A stretch of DNA of 61,595 nucleotides from a virus. Position numbers and translations under genes: made by a program. Under the pieces are notes generated by a model. The model made no database searches, was not told where the DNA came from, and saw only the letters and a program-made list of their open reading frames with translations. The stretch is from the IMG/VR virus record IMGVR_UViG_3300037882_001257, positions 64,888 to 126,482 of that record; one strand, given 5' to 3'. Position 1 is the stretch's first letter, and each line of letters starts with the position of its first letter. Positions 48,221 through 59,505 of the stretch are shown here, in pieces.

Positions 48221-48969
48221 CCCAGAAAATACTCCATTAGTGACTTAGCTGGCTTAATAGTTCCCTTTTGGTAGAGTCCAATTAAGCAACCTAAGATGAA
48301 ACACACTGTTAGGACTACTGACATTTTTGCAGTTCCGATTCTTTGTAAGGAAGAGTGGTTTCAAACCGACAATGAGCCGTGACCGGAAAACGAACCCACC
48401 AGTCATAACTAGAGCTTTCAAAAGGCTTCTCAATAATACCTACAAAAACCCCCTGAGTATCTGGTTTGACCACCTTAACAATGTCACCCTTATTCATCTG
48501 CTGCCCTTCCAATCAATCTAATCTTATGAGGTCGTCTGATAATGCCGGTCTTAGGAGAAAGCCCCGGCTTACCCATGTATATAAATGATAAGCCAGCGTC
48601 TACCTTTTCACCCTTTAATTTGTATCCATAGGCATAGAACCCGTCCGCAAGCACGGAAGAAACCATGAAAAATCCCGAATACCCCATTGGAATCTTGAAG
48701 CCCTTCGGCTTGAAGCTAGTATCGCCCTCTGCACCGTGGTCCTGCTCACACTCCCAATGAGGACCACCGACTTGTAGCACCTTCACCCTGTCTCCGCGCC
48801 GCAGGCTTTTCCAGTCTACTTGCTGGCCCTTTTCCTTCTTAAATATCTTGTGCTTAAACTCGAACTCATGTTTGCATTTTGCATTTGGGCAGAGTTTAGC
48901 CCTTGGCCCAGTCACCCTGTGGCACTTAGGACACTCTTTCTGGCCTCGTTTGAGCTTTTTCATTAGGTT

Positions 48970-49452
48970 TTAGGTCGCCTTTAATGTGCCAACTAGATTA
49001 AACTTACAACTTTCCAAGCCTGTGCCCCAAAGTTGATGAGTGACTAACGACACTAGACGATTTCGGCACTCCCCAACCTCTTTCACGACTAATAGCGGCT
49101 TGTTGGTCCATTCCACAAACGGAGCATGAGAGCATACAACCACATCCCCAGGATTACAGTTTGCAATCAGCACGTCAATCGGATTTCCGATTATTTCAAA
49201 TTTAGTAACCACTTTCTTCTCCATGTTATGTATCTTATCGTGACATGTTCTACACACTAAATCACACTTAGCAATCTCAGCCTTGAGTTGTTTGACTGTC
49301 TTATTACCACCATTCTGACCAATAGTAAACTTCTTTTGAGTGGGGTCTCGATGGTGAAAAGTTAGATTGTCAAAAGTACCACAGTGCAAACAAGATACAC
49401 CTGATTTGTAACTATGGATAATAGCGTGATTGCGAACACTTCTTTTCGTCAT
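48970..49452 (-). CDS. HNH endonuclease-like protein
   Basis: CLHC..FHHRDP..EIAKCDLVCRTCH. Confidence 0.75.
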   Translation of the reverse strand: MTKRSVRNHAIIHSYKSGVSCLHCGTFDNLTFHHRDPTQKKFTIGQNGGNKTVKQLKAEIAKCDLVCRTCHDKIHNMEKKVVTKFEIIGNPIDVLIANCNPGDVVVCSHAPFVEWTNKPLLVVKEVGECRNRLVSLVTHQLWGTGLESCKFNLVGTLKAT

Positions 49453-50330
49453 GCGAGTATGCGTCCATTACCAGTCTTTAGTATCATCTTTTTACGCAAC
49501 AGAAAAGGCTCAATTTGTTCCTCGATAGTCTCCTCGCTAATGTTGATAGTTCTGGATATGGTCTTAATCCCGACCGGCTGACGCTTGTACTGCTTAAGCA
49601 CATCCATATACATCTTGTCTTGCTTAGTTAAGCCGTCAGGCTCGACACCCGACATTTTCATCGCCTCGCACACAATAGCATCAGTAATGGTCTTTTGACC
49701 GGCAAAATCCCGCACCCATTGCAGGTATGCGTTCGCCACTCTAGGAGTTCCCCTACTCGCTTGTGCCAGTCTTACGAAAGCATTAGGGTCATACTTTAGA
49801 CCAAGACTAATAGCAGACTTCTTCAAGATTAAGAACAGGTCTAAGTCACTATACAGTTCCAGGTTGTACTTCAATACGAATCGGTCTCTGAAAGGGGCAC
49901 TTAATGCACCAGTGTTAGTCGTCGCTCCAATCAATGTGAACGGAGATAGCTCAAAGGACATATCTTCGTCCTGGTCCATGCAAACGGTGAAGTCCTCCAT
50001 AACTGGATACAGGAACTCTTCGACTATTTTGGTGCATCGGTGGATTTCGTCTATGAATAGTATACTCTTGTGAGTAGTCCGCATCAAGTACGGCAGCAAT
50101 TTTTTCAAGGACCGAACATTCGCCCCGTTCGCCACTTGAATTGGAACCTCAAGCTCGTTAGCCATTGCCAGAGCGATTGAAGTCTTACCAATCCCAGGAG
50201 GGCCGCCAAGAATGGCGTGAGGGAGCGCCTCACCCCTCTCTTTGGCTGCGTCAATAGAAATTTTCAGTCGATGAATAACTTCCGTTTGCCCAATAAGGTC
50301 ACACAGTTTCGTTGGTCGTAGGACGTTCAT
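49449..50330 (-). CDS. ruvB: Holliday junction branch-migration helicase RuvB
   Basis: LRP, GPPGIGKT, FIDEIHR, FTLIGATT, SRGTPR, EPFL. Confidence 0.93.
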   Translation of the reverse strand: MNVLRPTKLCDLIGQTEVIHRLKISIDAAKERGEALPHAILGGPPGIGKTSIALAMANELEVPIQVANGANVRSLKKLLPYLMRTTHKSILFIDEIHRCTKIVEEFLYPVMEDFTVCMDQDEDMSFELSPFTLIGATTNTGALSAPFRDRFVLKYNLELYSDLDLFLILKKSAISLGLKYDPNAFVRLAQASRGTPRVANAYLQWVRDFAGQKTITDAIVCEAMKMSGVEPDGLTKQDKMYMDVLKQYKRQPVGIKTISRTINISEETIEEQIEPFLLRKKMILKTGNGRILA

Positions 50331-51219
50331 CTTGTGATTCCCTTAGTGAGTTCTGGAAGAACTCTTTGGTAAGTTTAGCCGTTTGTCGGCCAATAGCCTT
50401 TTCCACTTCATAAGAAGTGACTATTTCGCCAATAGCTTCCTTGTGAACATCATCAATCATGGCTCTGATGATATTCGGCATGTCAGACATAGATGGGTCA
50501 GTCATCTTACTAAGGATATGGTCTAAGCGTTGCTTAGTAACCCATTCCAAAGCAATAGACTCTGCATCCGTCAAGACTTGCTGCTGCTCTAACGAGACAA
50601 CTTTTCTAGCAGTATTGGTCTCTTGGAATTCCACACCTTTATGCTTGCAGATTACTCTGCTGCCATTGCTGGTGATAAACTCCATAACTGGACGAAGAAC
50701 GACACCTTCTCGTTTGTGTCCCTCGCCCATGCCGTTGCGTATAGCCTGAACAGAATCTCGGTCTCGCTCGGCGTCGAGAGCATCTAAGTCCGTTGGAACC
50801 AGCTTATAGTCTACAAACTCAAGACTACACTGTTCGACAAACTTAGCAGCGTCAGGCACTCTCAACCACACATCACCTATCTTAACATCGAACGCCACGA
50901 AGCGCAAGTCCGGGCCGTAGGCTTTTCCCATTTTGAGAATCTTGCCGCCGTAGGCTTCGCCATAGATAGTAACATCGCCTACGTCTTTGAGCTTGGCGAT
51001 TAGTTGCTCGTTGTCCTCAAACAGCTTCACAAACTGTTCGTGCTTGCACCCACCCGCAAAAAAAGTTATTCGGTCAATATCGCAAGAAATATGAGCAGAA
51101 GTCCCATGCACCTTCTCAAGTGCATAACACTCTTTGAATGCTAGAATAGTTTGGTCTTTGTATAGATTTGGAATACTTAGATAACCCACTTTATTTCTCC
51201 TTTGTCCAAGCCCAATCAT
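50299..51219 (-). CDS. Rnl2-family RNA ligase
   Basis: EKVHGTS, YGE, FDV, REGVVLRP, KHK..F.E. Confidence 0.85.
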   Translation of the reverse strand: MIGLGQRRNKVGYLSIPNLYKDQTILAFKECYALEKVHGTSAHISCDIDRITFFAGGCKHEQFVKLFEDNEQLIAKLKDVGDVTIYGEAYGGKILKMGKAYGPDLRFVAFDVKIGDVWLRVPDAAKFVEQCSLEFVDYKLVPTDLDALDAERDRDSVQAIRNGMGEGHKREGVVLRPVMEFITSNGSRVICKHKGVEFQETNTARKVVSLEQQQVLTDAESIALEWVTKQRLDHILSKMTDPSMSDMPNIIRAMIDDVHKEAIGEIVTSYEVEKAIGRQTAKLTKEFFQNSLRESQDERPTTNETV

Positions 51220-51826
51220 TAGACTGGACGCTTTCTTTAATTTTCGTTCCTACTTCTAGTGCAGGAACCCGTTTTAATAGGTTCCGCGTTTTCTCATATG
51301 ACAGAGCATAAAACAGACCAACAGCTTGCTCACCAATACGAGGCTCCATAGACAAAAACATATCTTTCTCTCTCGGAGAGACATAGACTTCTGATGCCTT
51401 TCCTAAGTAGTACGATTTTGCTCGGTCTGTTTCCTCAGTCATAGCAATGCCTTCCAATAGCCATAGAGGTATCTCATTTATTCCCACTTCCTCAGAAAAC
51501 ACCGCATGATTCAATTCGTGAGGTAGAATGTCCATATATATGTTGTCATATGGACTCTCTGGCCCTTTCTTCAACACGATGGCAAACGGAGCTGGTTGAA
51601 AATGACTATATCCAAAACTGGTCTGGTCATAGATAAAAATCTTACACTTTCTTTTCCATTGGACGTGTTCCTTCCCGAACCATTTACGATAAGTCTGTGC
51701 TTTATAAGCCTCGGCTATGTGAGCAACATACTTAGATTCTGATTCAGTTCTACCCTTAACTATAAAGTTGTCGGTAGTATAGATTTGTCCACTCGCCATA
51801 AGTATGATTCCTAGAATCGTAGACAT
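51191..51826 (-). CDS. peptidase MA-like (HExxH) protein
   Basis: LPHELNH, PLWLLEGIA; N-terminal YTTDNFIV. Confidence 0.7.
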   Translation of the reverse strand: MSTILGIILMASGQIYTTDNFIVKGRTESESKYVAHIAEAYKAQTYRKWFGKEHVQWKRKCKIFIYDQTSFGYSHFQPAPFAIVLKKGPESPYDNIYMDILPHELNHAVFSEEVGINEIPLWLLEGIAMTEETDRAKSYYLGKASEVYVSPREKDMFLSMEPRIGEQAVGLFYALSYEKTRNLLKRVPALEVGTKIKESVQSNDWAWTKEK

Positions 51827-52188
51827 TAAATCCTCGCTATCGCCATCCGTAGTAAGTCCTTTCGAGATACTGTATCGGCAGAAGAAGCTATGGCTTCCAT
51901 TATGGCTTGCTCAGCTTCGTCCTCATCATAACCCAATTTCTTCATGTGTCTAGTAAGCTCAAGTGCTACACTCTCGGCGGGCTTACTGGCCTTTATTAGA
52001 TTGAACACGGGCGTTACCTTGATGTCTACTACGTGTTCTATAGTATGGGGCTTATCACAGCAGAAGAACTTGTAGCCCTCTACCTGAGCTTCCTTGCGTT
52101 CCATCCAGTAGAGTTGCCCGCACTCAGGGCATGGGTAAGCTAGTTGAACTTCCGCTCTGAGCGGTTTGACTAATGGTAGACTTCCCAT
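51826..52188 (-). CDS. Zn ribbon plus RuvA C-terminal-like domain
   Basis: CPEC; LGYDEDEAEQAI..LLRMAI. Confidence 0.5.
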   Translation of the reverse strand: MGSLPLVKPLRAEVQLAYPCPECGQLYWMERKEAQVEGYKFFCCDKPHTIEHVVDIKVTPVFNLIKASKPAESVALELTRHMKKLGYDEDEAEQAIMEAIASSADTVSRKDLLRMAIARI

Positions 52189-52436
52189 TCAATTTCTGCT
52201 TCCTCTATCCAAATAGTACGATTGAAGCCTATTCTACAAATAGGTACTTTAGCCTTATGGGTCACATTACCGTCTGTATCTCTACGATGAATCATCACAT
52301 AAAGATTTTCGTCGGGGTCGCCAAGAGCTTGAATCAACCCACTTAGCAACTCTCTCATCGTCATGGACACTCCTCTAACTCAGACAGTGGAATATTATGA
52401 ATAAAGACAGTGCCGGTGGGTGTACTTGCCCTCCCT

Positions 52437-53438
52437 TTAATAGACTGGGTAACTGTCGGCACTATCACTCAACTGCCAACCAAACCAACCAGTACGCTTC
52501 GGAGCTTCGGTTGGCTCGTCCTCAACGACATCTTCATCTGAGGTACATTCTTCGCAGCTACAATCTTCGTACTCGTCCTCATCGAAGTATTCATCGAGGT
52601 ATCCTTCATCCTCGTAATCGTCCTCGTAATCGTCATCCTCGTACTCATCAAATCCATTCATGTTCTCATCAACCAGTTCGTGTTCAATCACGTTCTGATT
52701 ATGGTAGTCAGACAAGGACTCAAGCCACACGCAGCGAATCTTCTGAGCTTGTCCTTCTGACGGGACACTCACCACATCTTCCGGTGCAACCTTCACCAGA
52801 ATCAGTTGGCCGCGACCACTACCGTAGCTCTGTGCGTAGCTCAGAGTTCCCACATGGTATCCGAAAGAACATTCCTTTTGACGGTTATCATCAACCTGAT
52901 TACGGTTCTTCCGCTCAAGCACTTCCTTCGACTTGCCAGGAGTAAAGTCGCAAGTACCTTCCCACAAGTCCCTGTAGTCAGTCTTTCTCACAGCCTTGTA
53001 GCCAATGAAGCACCCGTCCTCAGTGATGGGGAAACCCTTGGTTTCAAGGAATGGGAAGAGTGACTCCACAGCCCACGCACTCGGATTGGAATACAAGCGT
53101 TCCATAAACCGCAGCAAGTGTTCAAATGGCAGCTTCTTTTGCATGAAGCTGATGATGCGGTTAGCCAGCACACTATGCACCGGCTTGCCGTTATAGCAAA
53201 CCTGACCGTTATCCACAGTACACTTGCCAGAAGTGTAGGTCTCAACCTTGGTGGCGACCGCCGCTTCGGGATTCTGCAAAGCGACCGCCTCATCATAGGT
53301 CAGAGTCCCGGCCTTCAACTTCGAGGCGACAACCTCAAAAGATGGATGATTAAGCTCAAAGGCCACACTCTTGCCCCCCTCTTTCAAGAAAGTCAAGCTC
53401 ACTGACGAACCGGCGTTAATAACAGCGACATTACTCAT
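52437..53438 (-). CDS. rIIB: rIIB-like protein with acidic tail
   Basis: NPS..LFPFL..ITEDG..YKAV; CSFGYHVG; follows rIIA. Confidence 0.85.
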   Translation of the reverse strand: MSNVAVINAGSSVSLTFLKEGGKSVAFELNHPSFEVVASKLKAGTLTYDEAVALQNPEAAVATKVETYTSGKCTVDNGQVCYNGKPVHSVLANRIISFMQKKLPFEHLLRFMERLYSNPSAWAVESLFPFLETKGFPITEDGCFIGYKAVRKTDYRDLWEGTCDFTPGKSKEVLERKNRNQVDDNRQKECSFGYHVGTLSYAQSYGSGRGQLILVKVAPEDVVSVPSEGQAQKIRCVWLESLSDYHNQNVIEHELVDENMNGFDEYEDDDYEDDYEDEGYLDEYFDEDEYEDCSCEECTSDEDVVEDEPTEAPKRTGWFGWQLSDSADSYPVY

Positions 53439-55521
53439 TGCTCATTCCTTTAATATAGTTGATAACTTCAGGGACAGAATCGGCATCGTTCAGACGGACA
53501 AACTTCAACATTGGGAACCGTGCTAGAAACTTAGTTTCTTTGTCTCTAATCTCACCCACAATCTGCTTGTTGGTTTCAATTAAACCAAGGGAACGAGCAG
53601 TATGGATAATATTAGAAACCTCGGTCGATACGCTTGCTTTCTTTTTAACCTCTTTAATAGTGTTGAGAAAATCGTAGGCAACAACCGACTTCGTAGACTG
53701 AAACTTGTTGGACAAGTGATGATAGTGACTAAACTTGTCATTTAGTTCACTCACTGCCAGCAGCGAATCTACCGCTTTCTGAATGTTGTGCTTCTTAATG
53801 TATGATTCGACTTGTTCTTTGAACCACTCATTAAAGAGCTGCCATTTAGGATGTTTGTGGAACTTCTCAAACTTGACACTCTTGATGCCATAAACTTTAG
53901 GAATAGGCAATCCAAGTGCTTCAAGTTTAGCAAGCTCGCTGTTGATATAAGCAGGGTTAGAGTTGCCCATTTTTCCCCGGCTAACTGACCAGTTGCTAAT
54001 TTCAACAAAGACCCCACCATCATCCATACTAATATCTTCCTTGTTCCAGTAACCTCTCCAATTCCGTTGATAGCCCTTGGACTGAAGGTTCAAAGAATAA
54101 ACCGCATCACGGTTAGCTTTACGAGCCTGCTTCGGAGGTTTCGGCACACTACTTGCCAACACAAAGTCATTAGGACTGATGCCGACTACATCACAGAACG
54201 CTTGCTTAGTAGCATCATCAGGAAAGTTTAGTAGGTAAATCCCATTGTATCCGTCCTGTTCAATAAGCCGCTCGGAAGCAATAAACCCGCCAACGGTTAG
54301 GTCGTTAATAACAAAACCGATTTTGTGGTGAGTGACACTTACACAAGTACGAACATAACGCTTTGGATGGACACGATAGCCTTCCTTGGTGAAGAACTGA
54401 CAGTTCATTCCTTTAGGCAGGTCAACGGCATCGCCGCGAATGTCAATCCCGTTCCATTGAACAGGAATGTCAGCGAGAATGTCATTAAAGACTCGCAAGT
54501 TACCCTGACGCAGCGAACGATACACAACGCGGGCTTCCCACAGGGTTTTCGCACCAGTGAACAAGCTCTGCACATAGTCAGTCAACTCTTGGAAAATCTC
54601 ATCGAGACGGTCCTTAACTTGACGCACAGTATAGTCGGTATACTGAAGTTCCTCGCGTCCAATGTTAAACTGGATGCTACCATTAGGAAACTCAATTACC
54701 ACACCAGCGTCAAGCAATCGCTGATACTTGGTCGATTCATTGCGTTCATACTGAACCAGTTCCTCGACCTTCTTCTTACCAAAGAACTTCGAGTCAATCG
54801 GATATTCCACATTGGACATAACCGCTAGGCTTTCCCCACCAGTTAACATCCATTTGACTTTACCTTTACCTTGGTATCTCACCTGATAAGACTCAGGCTT
54901 GAACCCCTCATGGGAAGTTACCTTCGGCTTGTTGACGAACGGACGATACACCTCTTTAGCTGCTTCAACAAACACAGGACAGTCTTGTGCCTTGACATTG
55001 AAGCTGACTTCCAAGCCATTCGGTTCTTCCGTAGGAAAGTCACCTACAGGAATCAGGACCGGACTACCCTTGTCGTCCTTCGCGTTCTGATAGACATGTT
55101 TAACTCCGTTAAAATACGAAGTAGCAGTCCAGATGTTAGCGTAGGAGAAAGGGGCCTTTGACCCAATACCCATGCACCCATTAAAGGCGTCGTCTTTGTT
55201 CTTGTTAGAATTCCCGTATTGACGATACATCGTCTCCATTTGAGACTTCGCCAAGCCCGTCCCGTAATCACGGATTTTAAAAACCGGATTCTTGTAGGTC
55301 GGAAGCTGGACTTCAATAGGAGTGTCCAGGTTCTTAGCCGAGATATGAGCGTCCAACGCATTGGTGGAAAGCTCACGGATAATAGCACGCGGCTTATCCT
55401 TGTAAACACCACCGCTGAGAAGGAGCTTGAGTTCAGGGGAATCAACGATTTGGTAATCGAGCTTTTCCGCCTCAACACCCTTCATACGGAATTGAGCAAT
55501 GTCATCTTGAATCAGTTTCAT
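53431..55521 (-). CDS. rIIA: rIIA-like protein with GHKL ATPase N-terminus
   Basis: RELSTNALDAH, IRDYGTG, GIGSKAPFSY, REEL.Y. Confidence 0.88.
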   Translation of the reverse strand: MKLIQDDIAQFRMKGVEAEKLDYQIVDSPELKLLLSGGVYKDKPRAIIRELSTNALDAHISAKNLDTPIEVQLPTYKNPVFKIRDYGTGLAKSQMETMYRQYGNSNKNKDDAFNGCMGIGSKAPFSYANIWTATSYFNGVKHVYQNAKDDKGSPVLIPVGDFPTEEPNGLEVSFNVKAQDCPVFVEAAKEVYRPFVNKPKVTSHEGFKPESYQVRYQGKGKVKWMLTGGESLAVMSNVEYPIDSKFFGKKKVEELVQYERNESTKYQRLLDAGVVIEFPNGSIQFNIGREELQYTDYTVRQVKDRLDEIFQELTDYVQSLFTGAKTLWEARVVYRSLRQGNLRVFNDILADIPVQWNGIDIRGDAVDLPKGMNCQFFTKEGYRVHPKRYVRTCVSVTHHKIGFVINDLTVGGFIASERLIEQDGYNGIYLLNFPDDATKQAFCDVVGISPNDFVLASSVPKPPKQARKANRDAVYSLNLQSKGYQRNWRGYWNKEDISMDDGGVFVEISNWSVSRGKMGNSNPAYINSELAKLEALGLPIPKVYGIKSVKFEKFHKHPKWQLFNEWFKEQVESYIKKHNIQKAVDSLLAVSELNDKFSHYHHLSNKFQSTKSVVAYDFLNTIKEVKKKASVSTEVSNIIHTARSLGLIETNKQIVGEIRDKETKFLARFPMLKFVRLNDADSVPEVINYIKGMSNE

Positions 55522-56182
55522 TACAGTGAAAATCTCTTAGGGTTTGCGAATTGCCAAGCGTTACAATCGTTCCAGCCTTGATGCCAGTCAGTATACTCCA
55601 TAGTATCCCGACTAAACGGACATTCAGTATAACTTTTCCCCTCCCGGTTAGCTGCGAAGCCAACCTTGTAAGCCTCAGTTACGTACCGTGCCACGCACCA
55701 GTCTCCCATGCAAGGCCGCAAGCTCATCGGCATACTCTGCCATTTCGGGATACCCAGGCATCCCCTTTTCCACTCTGCGGCACTCATCTTCTCTCATCCT
55801 CACAAGAAGCATTATACCCCGGAGGTCGTTAGAGTCAAGGGCCACATGAAGATTTTCACCGCGAGTACGGAGAGCTTGTCCCTTAGTAATCAGTTTAGTA
55901 ATCACTTTTCAAGTCCTTATGTGAGGAATTTTCGTAAGCCAATTCGTCCAGTCTACGACGGAGAAAACCAGGAGCGTAGATGTCTCTACCGTCAATGGTA
56001 AATTTAGTCCACTCGGTACACCAGCCCTCGGACTTATCACCCACTAAACTCAGAGTCCCATACTCATAAACAGTCCACCCTTTAGAGAGGGCTTCGATAA
56101 CGTCGTGTTTTGTAGGTTTCACTCTTTGAGTTCCTTAACATGTCGCTCCGCGTTTCAGATATACCCCGATTCAACGAAGTTG

Positions 56183-56210
56183 ATTATAGCACCAAATCCT
56201 GCTCTGTCAA
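56183..56210 (-). promoter_or_regulatory. sigma70 consensus promoter
   Basis: TTGACA-N16-TATAAT. Confidence 0.75.
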
Positions 56211-57355
56211 GCCCTTCTCGATTTTTTTCAGGCGGCGAAGCTCAACTTCCTCAACTACAGCCTGAGCTTCTACTTGAATAATGATATACCATCCGGTTAC
56301 GCACCCGCCCCAAAATGCCCGCGCCAAAAACCCGCCGACAAACCCCGTAGCAAAGAAGGGGAATGCCACTATCGCACTAAAGATTCTCATGTTTCGCCCT
56401 ATTACATCTGGAAAGGTAAGACAACTCTAAGCTCTCCGGGTCTAACCCAGGTCGAGCGACAATTCTTTCGCCATTATAATCAAACCAGACATTTCTATCT
56501 AGTTGTTCAGCCATAGCACAAGCATGGCGGCAGGCTATAGACAGCGGTGTACCATTAGGCACAATTAGTTCTTCTTCACAAGAGCTTCGCTCCATTTATT
56601 GCTCCTTCGCCCATTCTTTAAATGCTTCTAAAACCTCAATTAACCTATCAACTCCGATAGACCCAAACACTTCATGTACTACTAAATGACTGTTATAATT
56701 GAACCCAAGGTCTGCTATGTGGACATGAACTGTCTCATCAAGCTTATCCGGGTCTATACCAGTGTAAGCTATGAAAGCAAATATCTTAGTTGGATTCTTT
56801 TCAGAGCGGTCAAATTCATATTTAACGTCCATTGGTATTCTCATCCTCATCTTTTTGTGGACGACCCCCTCTAAGGTCGCGTAGCGACTTCTTCTGCTTA
56901 CGCTCTTGGAGCTTCACCTTCTTAGGGAACTTCTCAATGTTTTTGTCCAAACGCTTCGGCTTGAACTCGTAGTTACTCATTGCTTCTCAACCTCTTGGAG
57001 TCAGCAAGCTGACTCACGATTCTTTGAACCACAGCAGCGGTTCTTTCCGTGGCTATATTCACCTGTTTGTTAAAATCTTCTTCCTCTTCGCCTATTCTCA
57101 GAAATTCCTCATCCCATCTTTTCTTAACTTCTTCGTATAACATATTATGTCCCACATTCGTCGTTTAGTAGCTGTTCTTTACTCATCTTGTTGACAGGTT
57201 CGCCATAAATATTACTAATTACACATACAGGACAATGTATGTACACCTTTCCGTTCTTTCTACTAGATTCATCTAGGCTAAATTCCACCAATGAGTCGCA
57301 GCCCTTACATCGACCACGGAATTTAATATCCTGTGGTCGTCCTCGTTCAATCACC

Positions 57356-57832
57356 TTAACCACATCCCCCTCCCCATCCACAATCGCCAAAGTCAATCCG
57401 AACTAAAACCCCATCCTTACGTAGACCAAGATTTGCCTTGTGAAAATCATCCCAAGGGAATTTGTGACTCTCCATCTTACGGACAAGTTGTTCCACTTCT
57501 GGTATCTTGTAATAACAAGGTACGTTCCGATATACTTCCGTTCCAACCTTAACGTGTTCAATAAAAAACCCGTATCTCTTGGCCCTTAAAACATTAATCG
57601 CCCGCTTCGGTCCCACCTTCGGCCCAATATCCAGCCGCTCGGCCTGCTGGTGTTTCCGGTATAAATAGTTCCTGCGACCTTCATGGTCAAAAAACTTAAA
57701 GCCCCAATCGTCATCAATCTTAATATAGTACGCTTCACATCCACAACTATACTGATTCATCCGGTATTTTCTATCTACTAGATGAATCAGCTCTTTCCTT
57801 GTTAATGGAGCGTTAATAGTCATCAAAGTCAA
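57356..57832 (-). CDS. minimal protein-kinase-like protein
   Basis: WGFK, DFHKANLG, IDFG. Confidence 0.65.
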   Translation of the reverse strand: MTLMTINAPLTRKELIHLVDRKYRMNQYSCGCEAYYIKIDDDWGFKFFDHEGRRNYLYRKHQQAERLDIGPKVGPKRAINVLRAKRYGFFIEHVKVGTEVYRNVPCYYKIPEVEQLVRKMESHKFPWDDFHKANLGLRKDGVLVRIDFGDCGWGGGCG

Positions 57833-58313
57833 TCCTTAGAACTGTTCCATCTTGACGATACCCAAAATTCCCGCTATGAAGGTCGGGCCACAGCATCTTG
57901 TGGCTGCGACACTTATTAGCTAACTGTTGTACTTCTCGCCGGTCACACAGTAGCTCTAAGTGTTCATCAATATTCCGAAGCTCTTTGGCAGGAATAGTGC
58001 GATAAGACTTATACCCTAGTGATTTTATCACATGGTTTTCAGCTAGTTCAACTGTCTCAATAAAGAACCCGAAGATTTCCGTACCGTCTTTGAGTACCAA
58101 GTCTCTACGGGGACCGATTTCCGGTCCCACTCCAAGTTTAGCTGCTTTCTTATGACGACGGAACAGCTTGTTCCCTTCGTAGGTACTATGATACCACTTG
58201 AAGCCCCAGTATTCATCAACTTGGATATACGTAGCGACACAACCCTCGTCATAGTCGCCAGAATCGAGCTTTCGCTCAATTAGAGTCGCTAATTGGCCGT
58301 TTCGCATGAACAT
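57813..58313 (-). CDS. minimal protein-kinase-like protein, tandem paralog
   Basis: WGFK, DLHSGNFG, IDFD. Confidence 0.65.
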   Translation of the reverse strand: MFMRNGQLATLIERKLDSGDYDEGCVATYIQVDEYWGFKWYHSTYEGNKLFRRHKKAAKLGVGPEIGPRRDLVLKDGTEIFGFFIETVELAENHVIKSLGYKSYRTIPAKELRNIDEHLELLCDRREVQQLANKCRSHKMLWPDLHSGNFGYRQDGTVLRIDFDDY

Positions 58314-58319
58314 AATGGT

Positions 58320-58348
58320 ATTCTAACGCCGAAGGCGTTCAGAGTCAA
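58320..58348 (-). promoter_or_regulatory. sigma70-like promoter
   Basis: TTGACT-N17-TAGAAT. Confidence 0.55.
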
Positions 58349-58401
58349 GAGAGCTAGATGAAAAATTCACCACCACTTCTTATCCTGAAGATAGAGCTTC
58401 G

Positions 58402-59085
58402 TCAATAAGCATAGCTTTCTCCTGCGACATGAATGGCTTCGCAGTCCAAGTCTGCATACTGATACTCGTCCAAACAAATGAACCGAGTTCCACCAATAAC
58501 TTGATTGAAGTAACAATGGAAGTGGCCGAACACCCACAGTTTGGGCTTGTGAGACCCCCACATATTTTCCAAGGCTGCCTCTGTCCTGGTGACATTACAG
58601 TTGTTATCATCACCATATTTGTACTTCAACACTATGTTCTTAAGAAACTGGGGGCAAGTATGAGTAAGAACAATAGATGGCTTTACATCCTTATAATGTT
58701 CGATAGCCGCTCCTAGTTGTCTCATACTCATCTGCTCTTCTTCCCACCAGAGCTTGCGCCCTCCCCACTTACCCATAGCCATATCTGCTTTACGCCAGTC
58801 TTGGTCTATACTTTCAGCACCACGAACGAAGAAGAATGCTATACTATTGAGTATAGTAAAGCCATAGTTACCTAGAGAATGAGGAAGGCTATAATAGTAG
58901 TCCATATCCTCATGGTTTCCGCCGAAGAACTGGTGATTACTGTCGTCAATATTAGACGAAGCAACAGCTTTGTACATTTCATTGAAGCCGAAGTCTCCCA
59001 ACTGAATGGAATACTCGGAATCCTCAACGATATGAGAGTATGTTTGAAAATCACCGTGGCAGTCGCCAATAAGACGCAAGCTCAT
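58402..59085 (-). CDS. calcineurin-like metallophosphoesterase
   Basis: GDCHG, LGDFG, GNHE, THTCP, GHFH. Confidence 0.9.
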   Translation of the reverse strand: MSLRLIGDCHGDFQTYSHIVEDSEYSIQLGDFGFNEMYKAVASSNIDDSNHQFFGGNHEDMDYYYSLPHSLGNYGFTILNSIAFFFVRGAESIDQDWRKADMAMGKWGGRKLWWEEEQMSMRQLGAAIEHYKDVKPSIVLTHTCPQFLKNIVLKYKYGDDNNCNVTRTEAALENMWGSHKPKLWVFGHFHCYFNQVIGGTRFICLDEYQYADLDCEAIHVAGESYAY

Positions 59086-59505
59086 CGAATCTCCATATAT
59101 AAGCTATGAGGTCCGCTCACAACTTGGTTATCGCTGTATACCTCAAGTATACCTCTATTAAAGTCTACCGCAATAGCATCCACAAGGTCTCCCCTGGAAA
59201 GCAAACCAATAGGCACTTTCAGTGTGCAGTTGTAGTATTGATTGAATCCGTACTCAACCTCATCCCAGGTCTCCCAATCAAACAGTTGACGTTCCATTAG
59301 TCTTGCCTTTCTAAGTGCGAAGGTGGAATAAATGCGCCACCACCCCAATCGAAATCTACCCAATAACAGCCTACACCCCTTCCTTCAACCTGACCCTTTT
59401 GCCCCTTATAGAAACCATCTGTAACAACAACATTCTCGCGGTATACAAAGGTGTGTTTACCGCTACAACCAGCCAACAGTAACAAAACCAATAGAACAAA
59501 GTTTT

